This document shows, one piece after another, positions 25,414 to 39,261 of a DNA stretch of 64,000 bases. Position 1 is the first letter of the stretch, and every line of letters starts with the position of its first letter. The stretch covers positions 2,666,001 to 2,730,000 of the forward strand of contig NW_026781965.1 in the NCBI RefSeq assembly GCF_031769215.1, in the 5' to 3' direction. Source of the stretch: Ylistrum balloti (Eukaryota). A program made the translations under genes and the position numbers. The notes under the pieces are model-generated. The model had not been told where the DNA came from and made no database searches. It saw only the letters and a list, made by a program, of their open reading frames with translations.

Positions 25414-25959
25414 CTGAGAGAATACAGATATCACTTTACACACTTCTTAAGAAAAAATCCTTTTTGTTTGCTTTTGTCACAAACAATACATCTTATAGTA
25501 TGAAGTATAAAAATGTGCTCATACTTCTTTATAAGTCGTTTTGTTAGTTGTTTTAAATATATGTGAAAAGAAGAAACTAAAAGTTTTGAATACTTTTTTG
25601 AAGCTAAACGGATAAAGCATGTTCACAACACCAATTTAAAATGTGCAGTGTTTCAAAGGCCCTGTAAGTCAATCAACAATTCATGACGACTAATTATAAT
25701 ACATAATAACCGACATTTAAATTCTCCCTGCATGGTTTAAATACCCTACAATGTCTACCCGAGACAAAGTAAGGTAATACTATGATGAAATCGGTGACCC
25801 GCGCTGAGGTGAATGATAATTTTTAAAAGAAGGGAAATACATTGAAAAAATCCAAGCACAATATAAAGTTGTTTTGACATATACCTGTGACTATCATTCA
25901 ATATAGCATTTATGTACCTTCTCGGAGCCAAATCAGCACAAACACATTAGTTTGGTTTT

Positions 25960-26190
25960 CCAGACCCCAGTTGACCAAAGCTTCGTTAGATTTGACTAAT
26001 AATTGACGAAATATCTCAAATATTGCGAATGAAAACATACGGACTTTACTTTCAAAAGTCATATATATCAATTTAATACCATATATCTACAATTGTGAGA
26101 CGATACAGACTATTTAAAATTACTTTTAATTCATATTGTATAAGATTTTCACTAACAACTCTAACAAAGCTTTGCACTACTTGGGCCTGG
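25960..26190. mobile_element. MITE-like element (231 bp) with about 38-bp imperfect TIRs
   Basis: Left end CCAGACCCCAGTTGACCAAAGCTTCGTTAGATTTG; right end reverse complement CCAGGCCCAAGTAGTGCAAAGCTTTGTTAGAGTTG. No TSD recognised. Confidence 0.65.
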
Positions 26191-26644
26191 TGAGAAGGGG
26201 TTAAATAATTGCTTGCAACAATGCGAGGCGCTACTTAAACATATGCTATACCTAAGAAACACTCAAACATCTACAGAACTCATGTGTTGCTTTAGGTTTG
26301 GTGAGTATAATATTGCTGAAAACAAACACTTTCACTCACTAAAAAAAATTGTTATCATTCAATGGCACAAAAATATATCGTTGACTAGCTCATTTATAGA
26401 CTTTGTTCCGCAGCTTATATAAGGAAGAGACGAACATGGCAACAGAATCCAAACTAGTTCCACGGTGTACGCTCTTTTGCTATTCAGACAGCTTAAGATG
26501 TAAATTCTGTCAGAAAGGTATGCAGTTTAACAAATAATAAGTTAATTATGAATTCATGAATCCAGTCAAAAAACAATTGCTTATTTTGACTTAAACTGGG
26601 TTAACTCATCAAAACCGCACATATACATTTTACATGCGTCTGTT

Positions 26645-27965
26645 TTAAACTTTATTTTATTTTGGCAGTGGCATTTCATTCAAAGCATGTTATGCAAAAA
26701 GGATCCAGAAAGAAGTTATAAACTTATGTTAATCTGTCTCGTTAGAAGTAACAAGCAGACAGCGACTGATCGAATTTGGGAAAGGGAAAGTGAAAAGAGT
26801 TTAGGAGAGGGAAATGAAGTAAGGAAAGTGGATAGAGTGAGTAGTATAGTATGTATACATTATGTAAGATCGACAAATACAATATGATAAGGAATGCAAG
26901 TTCATCCATAGTAACATATGGGTATCTTGATAAATTGTTAATTATACATGTAGTACTACAAACTGCTGTACTGTTAGTTAATACAGATATACAAAAACTC
27001 AGGAAAGTAAAAAGTTTCGCGTATATGGAAGGAGTACAGTAGTGTTGGCAGTAACTCTTCCTAATGCTCAAATCGTTTAGTCTTTAATATGAAAGTTTGG
27101 ACACTAACAAATATAGCTTCGTTTTCTGCAAATGATAAAAATGTATCGCCAAAAAGAAGGACGTCTACAGATTCAATGGGAAGAAGATGAGAAAGAAAAA
27201 GATGTCTACATCTGTTATGATTAGAACAAGATAAAAAGAAATGTTCGGTTGTTTCGTTTCCCATACCACAATCACATATAGGACTATCAACTAGATTTTT
27301 ACTGAAAAGGTGACCCTTAAGTGAACTACATTGCATTCGTAATCTAGAATGATAAATTTGTCCTAGTCTAGAACCAACATAGAAATATCCTGGAATATTG
27401 GAATTAAGGCCATTTAAGTAATTCTTCAGAGTATAAAGAGATGGGTTTCTTTAACATGCACAGGTAGGGAATTCCAAAGATTTACAGCCGAAGGAAGAAA
27501 AGAGTCTTTGTATAGCTTTGTTCTTCATGCAACTGGACGGAAGTTCGCTGCGTCTCTAGTGTTATGGTTATGCAGGTCGGATTGACGAGGTGGAAGGAGG
27601 TCATGAAGGAATGACGGCGATAAACCGTGAACTATTTTATGAAACTGGATAATTTTACTATGTTTGCGTCTGGTGGAAAGACTAACCCAACCAGTTTCTT
27701 TATGAATTATATTTATACTTGTAAGCTTGGTTCCCCCAGCTACGATTCTAGCCGCTTCTAGTTGAATACTTTCTATTACATTTGACTGGGTTGTCGTTAT
27801 ATTATCCCAGACGATATTGGCATATTCTAGAACTGGCCTTATGAAAGAAAAGTACATAGTCTGCAAAGACTTTCTATCCACTTTAAATTTTAGTTTTCTC
27901 ATAAGTCCTATTTTTTACTAGCCTTTTTGATTATATTATCAACATGATCTGCCCATCCCCCATGC
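26645..27965 (-). mobile_element. 5'-truncated, degenerate CR1/L2-clade-like LINE (RT C-terminus, Cys-rich tail, 3' UTR)
   Basis: LQTMYFSFIRPVLEYANIVWDN...IESIQLEAARIVAG; SFLPSAVNLWNSLP; CDCG...ETTEHFFLSC. Internal stops and frameshifts; A-rich end near 26650. Confidence 0.85.
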
Positions 27966-28035
27966 GTTTGATAAGTCCATTGTGCAAAGTAACTAGGAAA
28001 CTTTTCATGGAAACTGAATAATTAAAATAACGTAT

Positions 28036-28350
28036 TAGTTATAAATTGTAACACACTGGCCAGGTTACACTTTGTTTATAAATTTAACACACCGTTTATA
28101 AATTGTAACACACTGACCCGGTTACACTTTGTTTATAAATTGTAACACACTGACCCGGTTACACTTTGTTTATAAATTGTAACACACTGGCCCGGTTACA
28201 CTTTGTTTATAAATTTAACACACTGGCCCGGTTACACTTTGTTTATAAATTTAACACACTGACTCGGTTACGCTTTGTTTATCAATTTAACACACTGACC
28301 CGGTTACACTTTGTTTATAAATTTAACACACTGTTTATAAATTGTAACAA
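28036..28350. repeat. 37-bp minisatellite, about 8 copies
   Basis: Unit GTTTATAAATTGTAACACACTGACCCGGTTACACTTT; period 37 (28131 to 28168). Confidence 0.93.
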
Positions 28351-29039
28351 AACTTGTAAGAAACACGCACACATGTTATGCATTGCTATACAGAGATTCC
28401 TGAATGTATTTATCATATCTTGATAATTTAAACGTTGTTTTAAGTTTTGATAAAAATCACTCTCTGTTCAATGTCCAGACTTAATTCACGAGTCTGGGCA
28501 AGTTATATGATTATGTTAACTTTCAGGAATATGCTTACATTGACAATCTCGAAGACCATTTCTTCAAAAACGATCGTTAAGACACAAGCATTTTAACAAC
28601 AAGTGATGAGATTTGATATAAATTAGTTTTGAGAGTTATAATATTGTTTGGACACATAATAATCTGTTATTTAGAAAAGTAAAAAACAACTTTTTCAATA
28701 TTAGTTAGAAGCTGTTAGATAAAGAATGCATCCCATTACCTGTGTCTTCTACAGTAACATGGCGTACAAGTGGGAAATACTTGTATAAGCACCACACCTG
28801 AAAACAACCCTTTTATATGCAATTGTTATTTTACATTTTCTATACGGATGTATGACTTTAACCTTTCTTTATCTCTTTTTACCAGATATGAGCCTTTTCG
28901 TGACGGACGTCAATTTTAATGAGAATGATATCGAGTGACGATGGTACCCGTCATAGATGCATCCTGTATGATACCGTCTAGATCATTGTTATGCTCTACT
29001 GTATCTACACCTATAACTTTAAATTTGTATTTAAATGTG

Positions 29040-29555
29040 CTGTTCACTTGTGTCTGGTTTGAATAATCTTTATATTCACATGTGTGTGGTTTGTACAATC
29101 TATATATTCACATGTGTGTGGTTTGTACAATCTTTATATTCACATGTGTGTGGTTTGTACAATCTATATATTCACGTATGTGTTGTTTGTACAATCTTTA
29201 TATTCACATGTGTGTGGTTTGTACAATCTATATATTCACATAGGTGTTGTTTGTACAATCTATATATTCACATGTGTGTGGTTTGTACAATCTTTATATG
29301 CACATGTGTGTGGTTTCTTCAATCTATGTATTCACATGTGTGTGGTTTGTACAATCTTTATATTCACATGTGTGTGGTTTCTTCAATCTATGTATTCACA
29401 TATGTGTGGTTTGTACAATCTTTATATTCACATGTGTGTGGTTTCTTCAATCTATGTATTCACATGTGTGTGGTTTGTACAATCTTCATATTCACATGTG
29501 TGTGGTTTGTTTTACAATCTTTATATTCACATGTGTGTGGTTTGTAAAATCTATA
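29040..29555. repeat. 32-bp minisatellite, left half
   Basis: Unit TATATTCACATGTGTGTGGTTTGTACAATCT(T/A). Confidence 0.95.
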
Positions 29556-30186
29556 TGTAACAGTCCCAGATTTCACAGATTAAACAACAATCTTTCTGGA
29601 TTCTGTCAGTATTTATTAAGAAAGTTCGAAACTCAAACCATCACGTCTGATGTGGTGGCTAGCTACATCTTGATACTTGAAGTATGAAGCTATAATAATC
29701 AACAATCTATATGGTTCTCTGATCAAATTCAGGTAAGCTATAATGTGTAAGTCTGTATGTGACGACGATCTCTAAGAAAGTGTGTAGATTTGAATTTCGT
29801 GAGTAGGAAATAGAAAAGATAGATTAACGAAGGAAAGAACCAATGGTAAAAGGAGAAAAGACAAAAGAATCAGTTAACCCAATGTCCAGTCGGTAATGTC
29901 CGTTGAGATCTAAAAATAGCACGGTAAAACAACAGGAGTACATAGACACATACCGTACCGTATTAAATGTAATAACGCGGTAAATTACGGCAAACTCATA
30001 ACTATACGCGTTAATATAAATACACGCGAAGAATACGTACATATATACAATTTCACTAACAATGTGCCAATATTTATAAATAAATATTACATTTCACAGT
30101 CATAAATATCATAAATATATATGAAATAATTGAACACAATGAAACACGGAGAACATAATTAATTCAGGTTATATAACCCTGTTACA
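29556..30186 (-). mobile_element. solo LTR (631 bp), probably Ty3/Gypsy
   Basis: Ends TGTAACAG...CTGTTACA, flanked by TATA on both sides. Removing it restores a satellite unit. AATAAA on the minus strand lies about 56 nt before the end. Confidence 0.75.
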
Positions 30187-30690
30187 TATATATTCACATG
30201 TTGGGGTTTGTACAATCTTTATATTCACATGTGTGTTGTTTGTACAAGCTTTATATTCTTTTGTGTGTGGTTTGTACAATATATATATTCACATGTGTGT
30301 TGTTTGTACAATCTATATATTAACTTGTGTTTAGTTTGTACAATCTAAATATTCACATGTGTGTGGTTTATACAATCTTTATATTCACATGGGTGTGGTT
30401 TGTACAATCAATATATTCACATGTGTGTGGTTTGTACAATTTATATATTAACTTGTGTTTAGTTTGTACAATCTTCATATTCACATGTGTGTTGTTTGTA
30501 CAATCTTCATATTCACATGTGTGTGGTTTGTACAATCTTCATATTCATATGTGTTTGGTTTATACAATCTTTATATTTTTTTGTGTGCTGTTTGTACAAT
30601 CTTTATATTCACATGCGTGTGCTTTGAACAGTCTTTATATTAACTTGTGTTTGGTTTGTACAATATTAATATATTCACGTGATGATTTGT
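30187..30690. repeat. 32-bp minisatellite, right half (same family as 29040-29555)
   Basis: Same unit, more diverged. Confidence 0.94.
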
Positions 30691-31538
30691 AAAATCTTCC
30701 AAACGATCCCATGCTATCTGTCGGTTATTGTGTATTATAATTGGTCATGGCGCTACAGAGAAATATACTCGGTACATAATCACTACGTATTGTGAATGAA
30801 ACTGCAATTCATGGATGAAAAAGAATGTGATAGAGGCGTGTATATTTATAATAACAATATCTGACTTTTCGGTGCCTACATTAAACTGAAACCAGTTGTG
30901 TTTTTGTCAACGCAAACCAACACAATATCATTGTAATACAAGACAGCTACTTCTCTCCTCTCAAATTACATTGGCGTTTTCATCACTGCGGAATGGCACA
31001 CAATCTTCAATATCATTACTTATTCACTAGAATGTAATCGTCCTAAAAAAGAAGTCTACCCCTTCGAATGCGTGCTGTTCCCACAAAAGATTTGTATTTT
31101 ACAGGTATCACTGCATGTTGTACACTTGTCTCTTATTACCGAGCGCTTTACTGTTTTGTGTGTGGAAATCTAAAGTAGTTGAAACGCAACCGAAATAAAC
31201 TATATATATGATCGTCTCTAACAGCTTGTCGCCGTAACATTTATCACCAGCTGTAATGAGAACTTCCGGTCAGTTTATTGGATAAAATATATCTCGGTCG
31301 ACAAAAAGCTTTCATATAGAAAAAAGAAACATAATAAAAGCCTTAAATGATAAAAATGAATTTAATCTAGAAAAATATATCCCGTTAAAGGTTCGGGGAC
31401 CTTCGTTACCTTCCGGAAGAGATCAAAAGTATTATCTCTTATATGAATGATGGTAAACGGTCAACATTTGGTATGGAACTTCTGATTTTTGAAATGTACG
31501 AAACATTTTAGAAATGAATGATACATTAATGTTCATTT

Positions 31539-31540
<2 letters not shown>

Positions 31541-31608
<68 letters not shown>
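31541..31608. repeat. (AG)34 microsatellite
   Basis: Uninterrupted AG run. Confidence 0.98.
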
Positions 31609-31614
<6 letters not shown>

Positions 31615-32757
31615 TCTAGTAAGTAATATTGACAGTATTGGTGCTGGATCCCAACAGACAAATGTTCAGTGAATGCGTATTACTGGAATAGAAGATATAA
31701 GATAAATGAAAAAGTAACGACAGTACGCACAGATAAATAGAATTTAGAGGCAATCTTCACCAAGACACATATTTAAATCCACATAGTATTGAAACGTGCA
31801 TCGTCTAGGTCAAATTGAGCTCGTGTTTAGGCGTTGCCTATTTCATATCATCTACATCATAATTGTCAGGTGTACATCCTTTTTACACATAACGTATTAC
31901 AACTAGATACGAAAGAAAAGGGCTGTTCTATGTTTATAACGTGCTTTGGAAGCCCAGCAGAGTCGAACTCCAAGAGGGTTGATAACAAGTTGTGAACTAT
32001 TCGCCATTGTCACTTGTAACGTTTTGTGTGTTGAAAGGTAGTCTAGCAGTGTCGCACTGTATATATCGTGTAAACACCGAGGCTTTGTTACATGAACCGT
32101 ATTAGACTAAAACATACCAAAAGCATTTTCATTTGTTGTAAAGAATAGAAGTATGATTTAGGAATTTTCATTCACTGCCACTAAGTATGGAATTAAATGC
32201 CTGAATGAGACTAGAAAATAACGCTAACTTTCCCATGAGCCATTTTCAATTACAACACATGCACAGCAGCAGGCAGTGCAAAACGCGTCATACTCAACTG
32301 GAGTTGAAACACAAAGCTCGGACAAATTGGAAAACTAGATGCTTTATTGTACCGTTGAAAATAGTATATTCATTTTTAAATGTTAGAGAGTGGGCCTATT
32401 TGTTAAACGTGTATATTACAGATAGAGGTATAGTGTCTAATCCATCAATATAGAAATCACACGGCCCTTAATCCTTTCTAAGATACTTATATATTCAGAG
32501 AGATAGATATCATTTTCTATTGAAACTCCAGAATGGGGCCATGCTATTTATTTTCTGGGTTCAAATGCATCTAGAATGAGGAAGACTTAACGTAAAGGTA
32601 AAATCGATTCCTGTTTGCAATATTTTCCCTCAACTGATATGTAAACATATCTATTTATCTATTCAACATTTTGATATTTACATATGTTATATTCACAACA
32701 GCTCTCATTTTACTAAGTTATATGTCTATCACAGATCCGTTTAGAACAATTCGGTAT

Positions 32758-34641
32758 TTAATAGTCTAACGACAAAAGCGTTTTGAGGTTTTTGACCAGT
32801 TTTTCTTCTGCACGTGATCTGGTCGCTTTGTCCATCTCTGTGTTTTGTAGAACATCCGCTAATCCAGCCATCAATTTACTTTTGAGTTCTCTCACGTCTA
32901 CTGTATCGATCGTTTGACCGATTTTTGCCTGCTCGTCTGTTAGTAAAATATTTGCAACCTTAAATACTATATCAGGAATGACTGTTGCTGATGCTTGCTT
33001 ATCTAAAGAATGGGCTCTACCGATTTCTTCAAATATGTCGAGCGCTTTGTCAAAGAGAAATCTATCCCTCTCTTGCCCTGTTTTCTTTTTCATTTCCATA
33101 ATTTTGTCAAAAGGAAGGTCAATTACATTCACTTGGTCTTCATGAACTTTGTAAAAGAATGTTTGTAGATTCTGAACTGGATTCATGTAGATCGCCTCTA
33201 TTTTCTCGACGATACCAACGCGAACACTCCTCTCTAAACCTGCAAAGAGGTTGCTAGGAAAGAAGTAATGTTGAAGTCTACCCTCATGTAACCGATCCCT
33301 CATGTAGTCCAGGAGGTCCCTCAACACATTTAGCACGTCCTTGCTATTCTCTGAGTAGGTGACTGGGTCAGTTGACTCTAGCATCCAATATATAGCTGTT
33401 TTCCAGTGAAAGGTCGTCACGTCATCTGAGTATTCCTTTAGTATGGTTCTCTGAAAGGCCTTGATCATTAACAAACATTTTTTGTGTCCAGAAGGCATTT
33501 GCCTTGCCAGCGTGATTTCAGCTAGATTGCAGGAGAGGCAGAAATCTATTTCGGGCTTCTCATCTTTTACAGCTGGTTTGGCTACAACGAAATACTGGCT
33601 TCTTGAGATGGCATCCACCATTGGTTTCCTAGGCCAGTATCGAGTTCGCAGAATCCATTCGTGGATGAATTTAGGCGGCCCAGACAAACGAAGAGCGGGA
33701 ATAAAATCCTTCATGGATTTCTTATTGTATGTCGCTCGAACAGACTTGATCTTGGATCTGGTTTGTTTGACAAGTGACGAGGTGCAGTTTATTTCTGGAG
33801 GCTCTGTCCCTTTGTGATCCTCTTGTAAGTTCTCCCTGACGTCACCAATAGTTTCAGCAGCGGTACTCACATGGTTTTCTTCTTCTGCGGCAAGAACATT
33901 AAGATATGGTCTGAAGGTTTGATATAAATATGAGTCTGAATTTTCCTTTGTTTTGAAAAGCAGAAGTAATTTTGCTATAATTTCCATAGCATGGACAGCG
34001 CCATTGGACTTGTCATGGAAAAACTCTGAGTGGTTTACTCGTTCAGCATATGTCTTTCGCAATGCTTTGTCATGTCGATATCCTGGATTGGTTTTTGGTA
34101 AAAGTAAATCACAGCTCCAGTCTTCAAAGTCGACCGTATTAAACCCAGGCTTGATATCTGTGTCCATCGTAACCCGTGATATTCCATTTGCTTTAAATGA
34201 CTGGGGTCTAAGGAAAAGCTCCAACAAACCTTTCACGTGACCAAAGAGTGAAGGAGAAAGCTTTTTCAGTAGTGTTGCCGGAAGATACTCTCCATCAATG
34301 AGGTCTTTTCTTTCCACTTCTTTCATGAATGTCCCGTTTATATGTACAAAACATGGAAGATCCTCGCGATGCTTTAGATTCTCCACCGGCACTGTGATAT
34401 CCCCTATTACCAAGATGTCATAATCACCTTCATTTTGTTTTGTGCGGAGTCGCGTTCCTTCTTTTGTACTTCCTACCAATATACACCGTTCTTGTCCCAA
34501 CTCCTCCATTATCAGGTTGACGTACCGACAGTAAGTCGCCATTCTAAAGTCCTGTGGTAATGGTCGAGCCATTGCGACCAATTCGTCTAGCATCTCCGAC
34601 AATGACTTCTTAATTTTGACCGGAAGGTTGTCTTGATTCAT
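32758..34641 (-). CDS. Mab-21/cGAS-like nucleotidyltransferase (cGLR-type), copy A, 627 aa, single coding exon
   Basis: VGS(57-58)...GDYD(D73,D75); KDFIPAL (D312); YWP...FVVAK; LSCNLAE; KKCLLMIK; TFHWKTAIYW; LQHYFFPSNLF. Acceptor ttttacttccag| at 34647 lies just before the ATG at 34641, so the first 16 aa of the tracked ORF are probably intron. Confidence 0.9.
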   Translation of the reverse strand: MNQDNLPVKIKKSLSEMLDELVAMARPLPQDFRMATYCRYVNLIMEELGQERCILVGSTKEGTRLRTKQNEGDYDILVIGDITVPVENLKHREDLPCFVHINGTFMKEVERKDLIDGEYLPATLLKKLSPSLFGHVKGLLELFLRPQSFKANGISRVTMDTDIKPGFNTVDFEDWSCDLLLPKTNPGYRHDKALRKTYAERVNHSEFFHDKSNGAVHAMEIIAKLLLLFKTKENSDSYLYQTFRPYLNVLAAEEENHVSTAAETIGDVRENLQEDHKGTEPPEINCTSSLVKQTRSKIKSVRATYNKKSMKDFIPALRLSGPPKFIHEWILRTRYWPRKPMVDAISRSQYFVVAKPAVKDEKPEIDFCLSCNLAEITLARQMPSGHKKCLLMIKAFQRTILKEYSDDVTTFHWKTAIYWMLESTDPVTYSENSKDVLNVLRDLLDYMRDRLHEGRLQHYFFPSNLFAGLERSVRVGIVEKIEAIYMNPVQNLQTFFYKVHEDQVNVIDLPFDKIMEMKKKTGQERDRFLFDKALDIFEEIGRAHSLDKQASATVIPDIVFKVANILLTDEQAKIGQTIDTVDVRELKSKLMAGLADVLQNTEMDKATRSRAEEKLVKNLKTLLSLDY

Positions 34642-37600
34642 GTCAACTGGAAGTAAAAAGATACAAACAGAATTATCAATATCAAACATGTATAGGAATC
34701 AAGTCATATTTTGGTTGTGTAATTCAAATGTTTACACTCTGAGTACAGAAACTCATAACGACCAAAATTGATATCATTTTGATATTAACTAATTCACATT
34801 ATCAACATCTGCCTATTTTATCTGCTGGAAGACTTGATGTAGTGACTGTATGTTGAAATATACGTTATATACCCATTGGTGATGACTGTCGGTATACCGT
34901 GAGTCATTGTCTTGGTGATGTAGTGACTCTATGTTGTGATATGGCGATGGAAAGATTAGTGTTAAAAATTTCCTGTTTCTGATACAGAAAAATTTCTCAC
35001 GTTGTTTTCGTTACACCAACTGTTTCCGTGTCACGAGTACGATTTCACACGAATCTTATTACATATAACACGTGTATACTTCACTTAAGTATAGCTCTAT
35101 TAGACGGTATACGTCATACAGAGTATATAAAGCAGTTGTATCGACCTCACCACAATTTGTATAAGATATCATTTATGATGTGTCCTCTTCGAGATGTTTT
35201 GAGATAAATGCTGTTTCTGAATATGATTCGTCCATAGCAATAGATATCATCAAACGCAAAGTTGAAAACATTTTTTTAATTGAGTTTTTCCTGGGAGACA
35301 ATGATAATACGACACTTCAAAAACTGTCCAATGTTTAACCAAAACTGACTTCTCTATTAAAGCTGTCGTCGCTGGTTATAAAGCTGTCGGATTTGAATTT
35401 TAAACTGTAATGAACAAAGTAACAGTTTTCATTATGATTCTGATACATTCCTCGGAAAGGACACTGCTCATAATGTCATTGTATCTAAGGAAGTGGCGCC
35501 TTACTTGGAAACGACTATGAATACATCTGGGTTTATAAAATTGCATCATCTGTTCGAAGTATCATATGTTTGCATGTCCAATTCAACGTTATTAAAATCA
35601 TCAAAATATTATTGAAATGAAAGTCAGTGACGGTACATATCATGAAATCATATTTAATTTCATGTAATTATCTATGTGTACTTACATTTTGGCGTTATGT
35701 GTCCAAATTTCTGTTATTGCCTTGTGTGTTCCAGTTGCCGTATGATTTTCCCTGTTGCCTTTCATTATACCGTGTCCGGTATTCCGATCGCACGCCTACC
35801 ATGACGTGACACACACAGCTTGAGAGATTTCAAGGATTTCAATGAGTGGGTGATGCGGTTCATAGCCAATCAAAATTCTTCATTTCTCGGTACGGCCTTA
35901 GAGCTTAGGATTATATCTTATTGGTTGTATTAATGAGTAAACTTAAAGAATCAAGTATTCCAACTGTTTGTTATCATACTTCAAACACTTTGTACACAGG
36001 AAATAAGTTAAGATATGGGGAAAGGTCAATAGGAAAAAGTGGAAATTCCCGATGATTCTTCGTGTCCAACATCTTAAGATCTTTATTAGTGTTAAGTTAC
36101 TTGGGTATTTCCCTCTATTATCTTCTGTATGATTTCTCCAAAAATCAATTAGGTACCGTCGGGAGTTGTCATGTCAACTTTGAAAATCATTCAATGATAT
36201 AGATCGATAATCAACGACAACTGTCGTAATCCCAGATCGTCACCTGTCGGCCATTTTGTTATTCTAATCTCTTCCATAATGGACATAACTAAAGACTATT
36301 GAACAACTACAAATGAAGTACGAGAGTGATTACAATCTATCATCAAAACACAAGGTGTTCGTCTGTCCGTAACATCAACATTCCAATCAAATCTAGATTA
36401 GATGAACAATACACATCTAAGAACAACACAAAACCTAAACAGAAAATTGAAGAATGGTCAATGGAGTGCTTCTCAGGAAAAATTGATCAATATTAAATAG
36501 TCAAAATCCAAGATAACAATCTATTAGCTATTTCGTTTATTACATCAGTCCCACTATGGACCATGTACAACTAATGAAGACTACATAAGAACTGAGAGAA
36601 AGATCCATCTATTACTTTTCAAGAAATGGCGAAAACAAACTTCAACTGTCAAAATCCGATATGGCCATCTGTCAGTCAGTTTGTTCTTTGACAAGTCTAG
36701 AAAACTAAACCAGGACCAAATTAAGTTTTCTTATGGAATTCGAGAACGAGGAACCACGAACGGGAAGTAATTTTATTAACCCTCCATCTGATGGTGGTTA
36801 GCTAAACTGTATAAAGTAAGCGTCTTGTGTTAAATATAATCTATAGATATACATAATAATATATATAGCAAACTTTATTCACAATCTGATACTTGAAATA
36901 TTCTCTATCTATGGAGATCACTTGTGAAAATCAATCACGGTATTGGTAGGTCGGCGAGGCTAATATTCTCTTCTAGTTCCGATTTTGAAAAATCCCCTTG
37001 AACAGAGGTCCAATAGTTTAAACATGTACATTATTAGCAGATCGGAAAAGAGTTTATTCTTCGACCGTATGTTGGAATCAGGAACATTCATAAAATTACT
37101 GAACTTGTGACTTTCACGTTGATTTGCTGTCATTCATAGATAATTAAACAATAATATTAAATCATAACATATTCATTCTATTTCATTACACTTTCCAACC
37201 ACATCTTATAACATTATAACAATACATGTTCATTTTAAACTTGGGATTTCTTTGTCTGTAGGAGAATAGTATTGAAATCAAATGTTTTCTTACCTGTAGA
37301 TCAAAAATTAAAAACAATACTTAAGTATATATTATATTCTTTTACCAGTGCATGTAAGTCGTCACGTGCCTCTAATTGAAAGGAAAAGAAATTCCCCTCT
37401 GTGCAGGGTCTGAGGGAAACACACGAATCTTTTCCATCAAATCGGTAACATGTATGTTTTTTTTATAAATGTCATAAGGTACTCACAAAGTACCCTTTGG
37501 TAGTACTTCGCTTTGGCTAAAATCATTTTCCAAAATTAAAACTTTGATTGAAATATCCCCTCATTCTATATTTAAAACTTTTGGAAAGATTTGTCGTCAG

Positions 37601-39261
37601 TCCACAAGATATTCTTTGTCTCTGTATCATGTGAGATAATTTTAGAGATGTGAACGAACATGAAGATAAGGGTGCCATATACTCCATGGTGATTATTTCA
37701 TACACCCTAAAAAGAGAGACTAGTTTCAGATTCTAAAATTAAAGATATTTTTACCACTATAACACGTTCCTATGTGTATATGTCTACCTCCGCGCCCTCC
37801 ATATCCGTTAGACCTGTATTTGATAACTGAGGACAATTAACTTATCGTAAGGAAATTAGTCAGGTTTTTTTTATTCGTTTTGGTATTTCATAACAGAATT
37901 TGTTAAAATGAAAGTTGTTATAATATATCATTTCTCTTATCTTAATCATTATGCGGTACCTCCCTTTTAAACAAGGGTTTACATGACGTAGAGGAATTTG
38001 ATTATGCTGGCTATAACGCTTTGAAGAGTTGTAGAATAACGAAGCGCCTGTAAAATGCAGTACTATTTAATATCCGGCTTCAACAGTAAATATTTGATAT
38101 TTTTGTGTTTGAAAGTGTTTTCCATTTGCTTCCCTTACGTTCTGGGCCTGACAGATGAATTACTAAGAATATTCTCTGTTCTATCAGCAAAGTTTGGACG
38201 TATCCGTTTTTCCGTCCCTGGTCCCACATACCCTTTTAATACACAAAATGAAAGACATGTCATTGTGACTGACATATTCAAACATCTGCAGTACGAGATA
38301 TGCTGGTACTTTTACATAAAGATCGAATAATATTTATTTCACCTTTCAAACACTGATTTAATTTAGACCTAGGATTCCGTATTTGTAATATTGCAGACAA
38401 CAGAAGTGTGAATGTCTAAGTAAGACGGAGTTGTCTTTTCCTTACCACACGTGTGGACACTTATGGATGGAGCAATGACTAATGATTGCGTCAGTAATGA
38501 TTTAAAAGGCGACATAATTTTTAAGAAAGTATAACACAAGACAGATTTCTATTTATTTCTGGATAAATATCACGATACACATATGTACAAAAATGGCTAT
38601 TAATAAACCTGGACCTCTTTTTTACACCGGATAAATACATAGAGCATCTGATAAATATAGTCATACCAGTCGGAAGAAAGCAATGCGAATAATTATTTAT
38701 ATAGAAAATGGATTTGAAATCTTTGGAATACACCTTCATCTTTAAAGGACCGGCTATAACAATCGAAAAAATAGACGTCCCAAAGTAATAGAATCATGTT
38801 CAAAATGTGTAAGCATGTGGATTTATATGGCTGCATTAATTTTCTACATTTATTAGTATCGTGAATATGCGTCTACGGGGATGTTTTAATACTGATATAC
38901 ATAGATTTTTCTATATCGGATGATGAGACTAGTCTAATATTTTTCATTAAACCTAATCTCTGGCGAAGTAAACAGAAAAAAATCGTGACGACTTTCATAA
39001 GTTCCACATGAGAAGGAAACGAATGTAAGAATTTGTTTATCACATAAAACTATCTTAGTGTTGTATAAATATTAGTGGAAATAGACTGACATAAAATTCA
39101 TTTTCAATATTCTCTCTAAATACCAAGTTGTTTGATGACGTCACACTATTTATGACATTATCAAGTTATAACGTCACAATTGAAGCCTTCAGTCAATAAC
39201 AGATACGTGTAGTCATAACACAATTTAGATGAGTGATATTTCACTGATAACGGGGGTAATG

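Noticed and set aside
28036-28350. CRISPR-like appearance: 37-bp units with an internal inverted repeat (TGTAAC-N11-GTTACA)
   Set aside because: Units are head-to-tail with no unique spacers, there are no cas genes and the context is eukaryotic.
29035-30692. Cys/Val/Tyr-rich ORFs in all three frames
   Set aside because: Products of the 32-bp satellite.
34642-34689. N-terminal extension of copy A in the ORF track
   Set aside because: Reads as a polypyrimidine tract plus AG acceptor, so probably intron.
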